This document shows, one piece after another, positions 56,353-56,992 of a stretch of 56,992 bases of DNA. Every line of letters begins with the position of its first letter. Positions within the stretch are counted from its first letter, which is position 1. The notes under the pieces are model-generated. The model saw only the letters and a program-made list of their open reading frames with translations. It made no database searches and was not told the origin of the DNA. This stretch comes from a virus (lineage: Duplodnaviria; Caudoviricetes): positions 1 through 56,992 of IMG/VR virus record IMGVR_UViG_3300032238_000317. One strand, given 5' to 3'. A program made the translations under genes and the position numbers.

Positions 56353-56991
56353 TTATCCTACCATGAAGTCTGGTGGCAATTCGTAACGAGATGCCATTTC
56401 TTTTTCTAATAGATCTATTTCTGCTAGTGCTTCATTGTATATTTCCAAACCATTCAATGTCACACCACCAGCAAGAGAAATTCCATTATATTTTGATAGA
56501 TTGGAACCCCACTGCTTCTTTATAAGTGCGGTGGTATATGATTTTAGCAATCTATCATTATAGATTTCTGGATATGTGTTTGGATCAAGAATCTTATATG
56601 CTTCAAACATAAGGAAGTCGCCAGGAGTAAAATCCTTCCATTCTGTATCCAAATAGATCTTATTTGTTACTTTGCTGAAGCGTACTGTTTTTTCTGGTGT
56701 CAGATAATCTTGTAGCAATGCTAAATGTCTTTTAGTGATATCGTAATGCTGAATAGAACCCATCGTGTATCCAGAACCAGTACTGGAATATAAACCAAAC
56801 AAGTCATTCAATGCAATTTGATATTTTGCATCAAATATGTTGATACCAGCAGATCCGCCTAGTGTATTGAACATCTGAAATACTTTGACAACAGATAGAA
56901 TGGAACTACCATCAGGATCCATTGCTGGAGCAGCAAGGATTCCTTTGGATGAATCCGCAATTGTTGCTGCCTTTAGATCAATATATTTGTT
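56353..56991 (-). CDS. gp13: Neck protein (T4 gp13), 5'-truncated by the window edge
   Basis: YNDRLLKSY.TALIKKQWG.NLSKY, GGVTLNG, PPDFMVG; the frame stays open to the window end. Confidence 0.93.
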   Translation of the reverse strand, partial: NKYIDLKAATIADSSKGILAAPAMDPDGSSILSVVKVFQMFNTLGGSAGINIFDAKYQIALNDLFGLYSSTGSGYTMGSIQHYDITKRHLALLQDYLTPEKTVRFSKVTNKIYLDTEWKDFTPGDFLMFEAYKILDPNTYPEIYNDRLLKSYTTALIKKQWGSNLSKYNGISLAGGVTLNGLEIYNEALAEIDLLEKEMASRYELPPDFMVG

Positions 56992-56992
56992 G

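Overview
A 57-kb segment of a T4-like (Tevenvirinae/Kyanoviridae-type) myovirus genome, almost entirely encoded on the minus strand. Read from the right end, it carries the conserved T4-like morphogenesis block (gp13-14-15-16-17-18-19-20-67-21-22-23-3). Next come recombination and late-transcription genes (uvsY, uvsW, gp55, gp47, gp46), rnh and the replisome (gp45, gp44, gp62, regA, gp43, uvsX, gp41, gp61). Nucleotide and auxiliary metabolism genes include dut, thyX, a class II B12-dependent nrdJ and speD. Accessory genes are inserted into this core: (i) an AT-rich 886-aa protein between gp15 and gp16 with a candidate trypsin-like protease triad and a C-terminal planctomycete-style dockerin-like double Ca-binding motif; (ii) an adaptor plus an 819-aa Cys-rich protein inside the head cluster; (iii) a fibre/adhesin island between regA and dut with two paralogous polyglycine-rich proteins; (iv) two paralogous SPPY-type DNA methyltransferases, a GNAT acetyltransferase and a DUF1599/Nmad1-like protein, together a candidate DNA-modification system; and (v) a collagen-like protein. 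Regulatory features read directly from the DNA include near-consensus sigma70 promoters (several placed for leaderless mRNA), gp55 late promoters, RBS-sequestering hairpins at uvsW and regA, and an orphan antisense promoter followed by three CTTAAG palindromes. The portal gene has an in-frame TAA at codon 15. Several motifs hint at a Planctomycetota host (inference). All product calls come from manual motif recognition and synteny; no database search was run.
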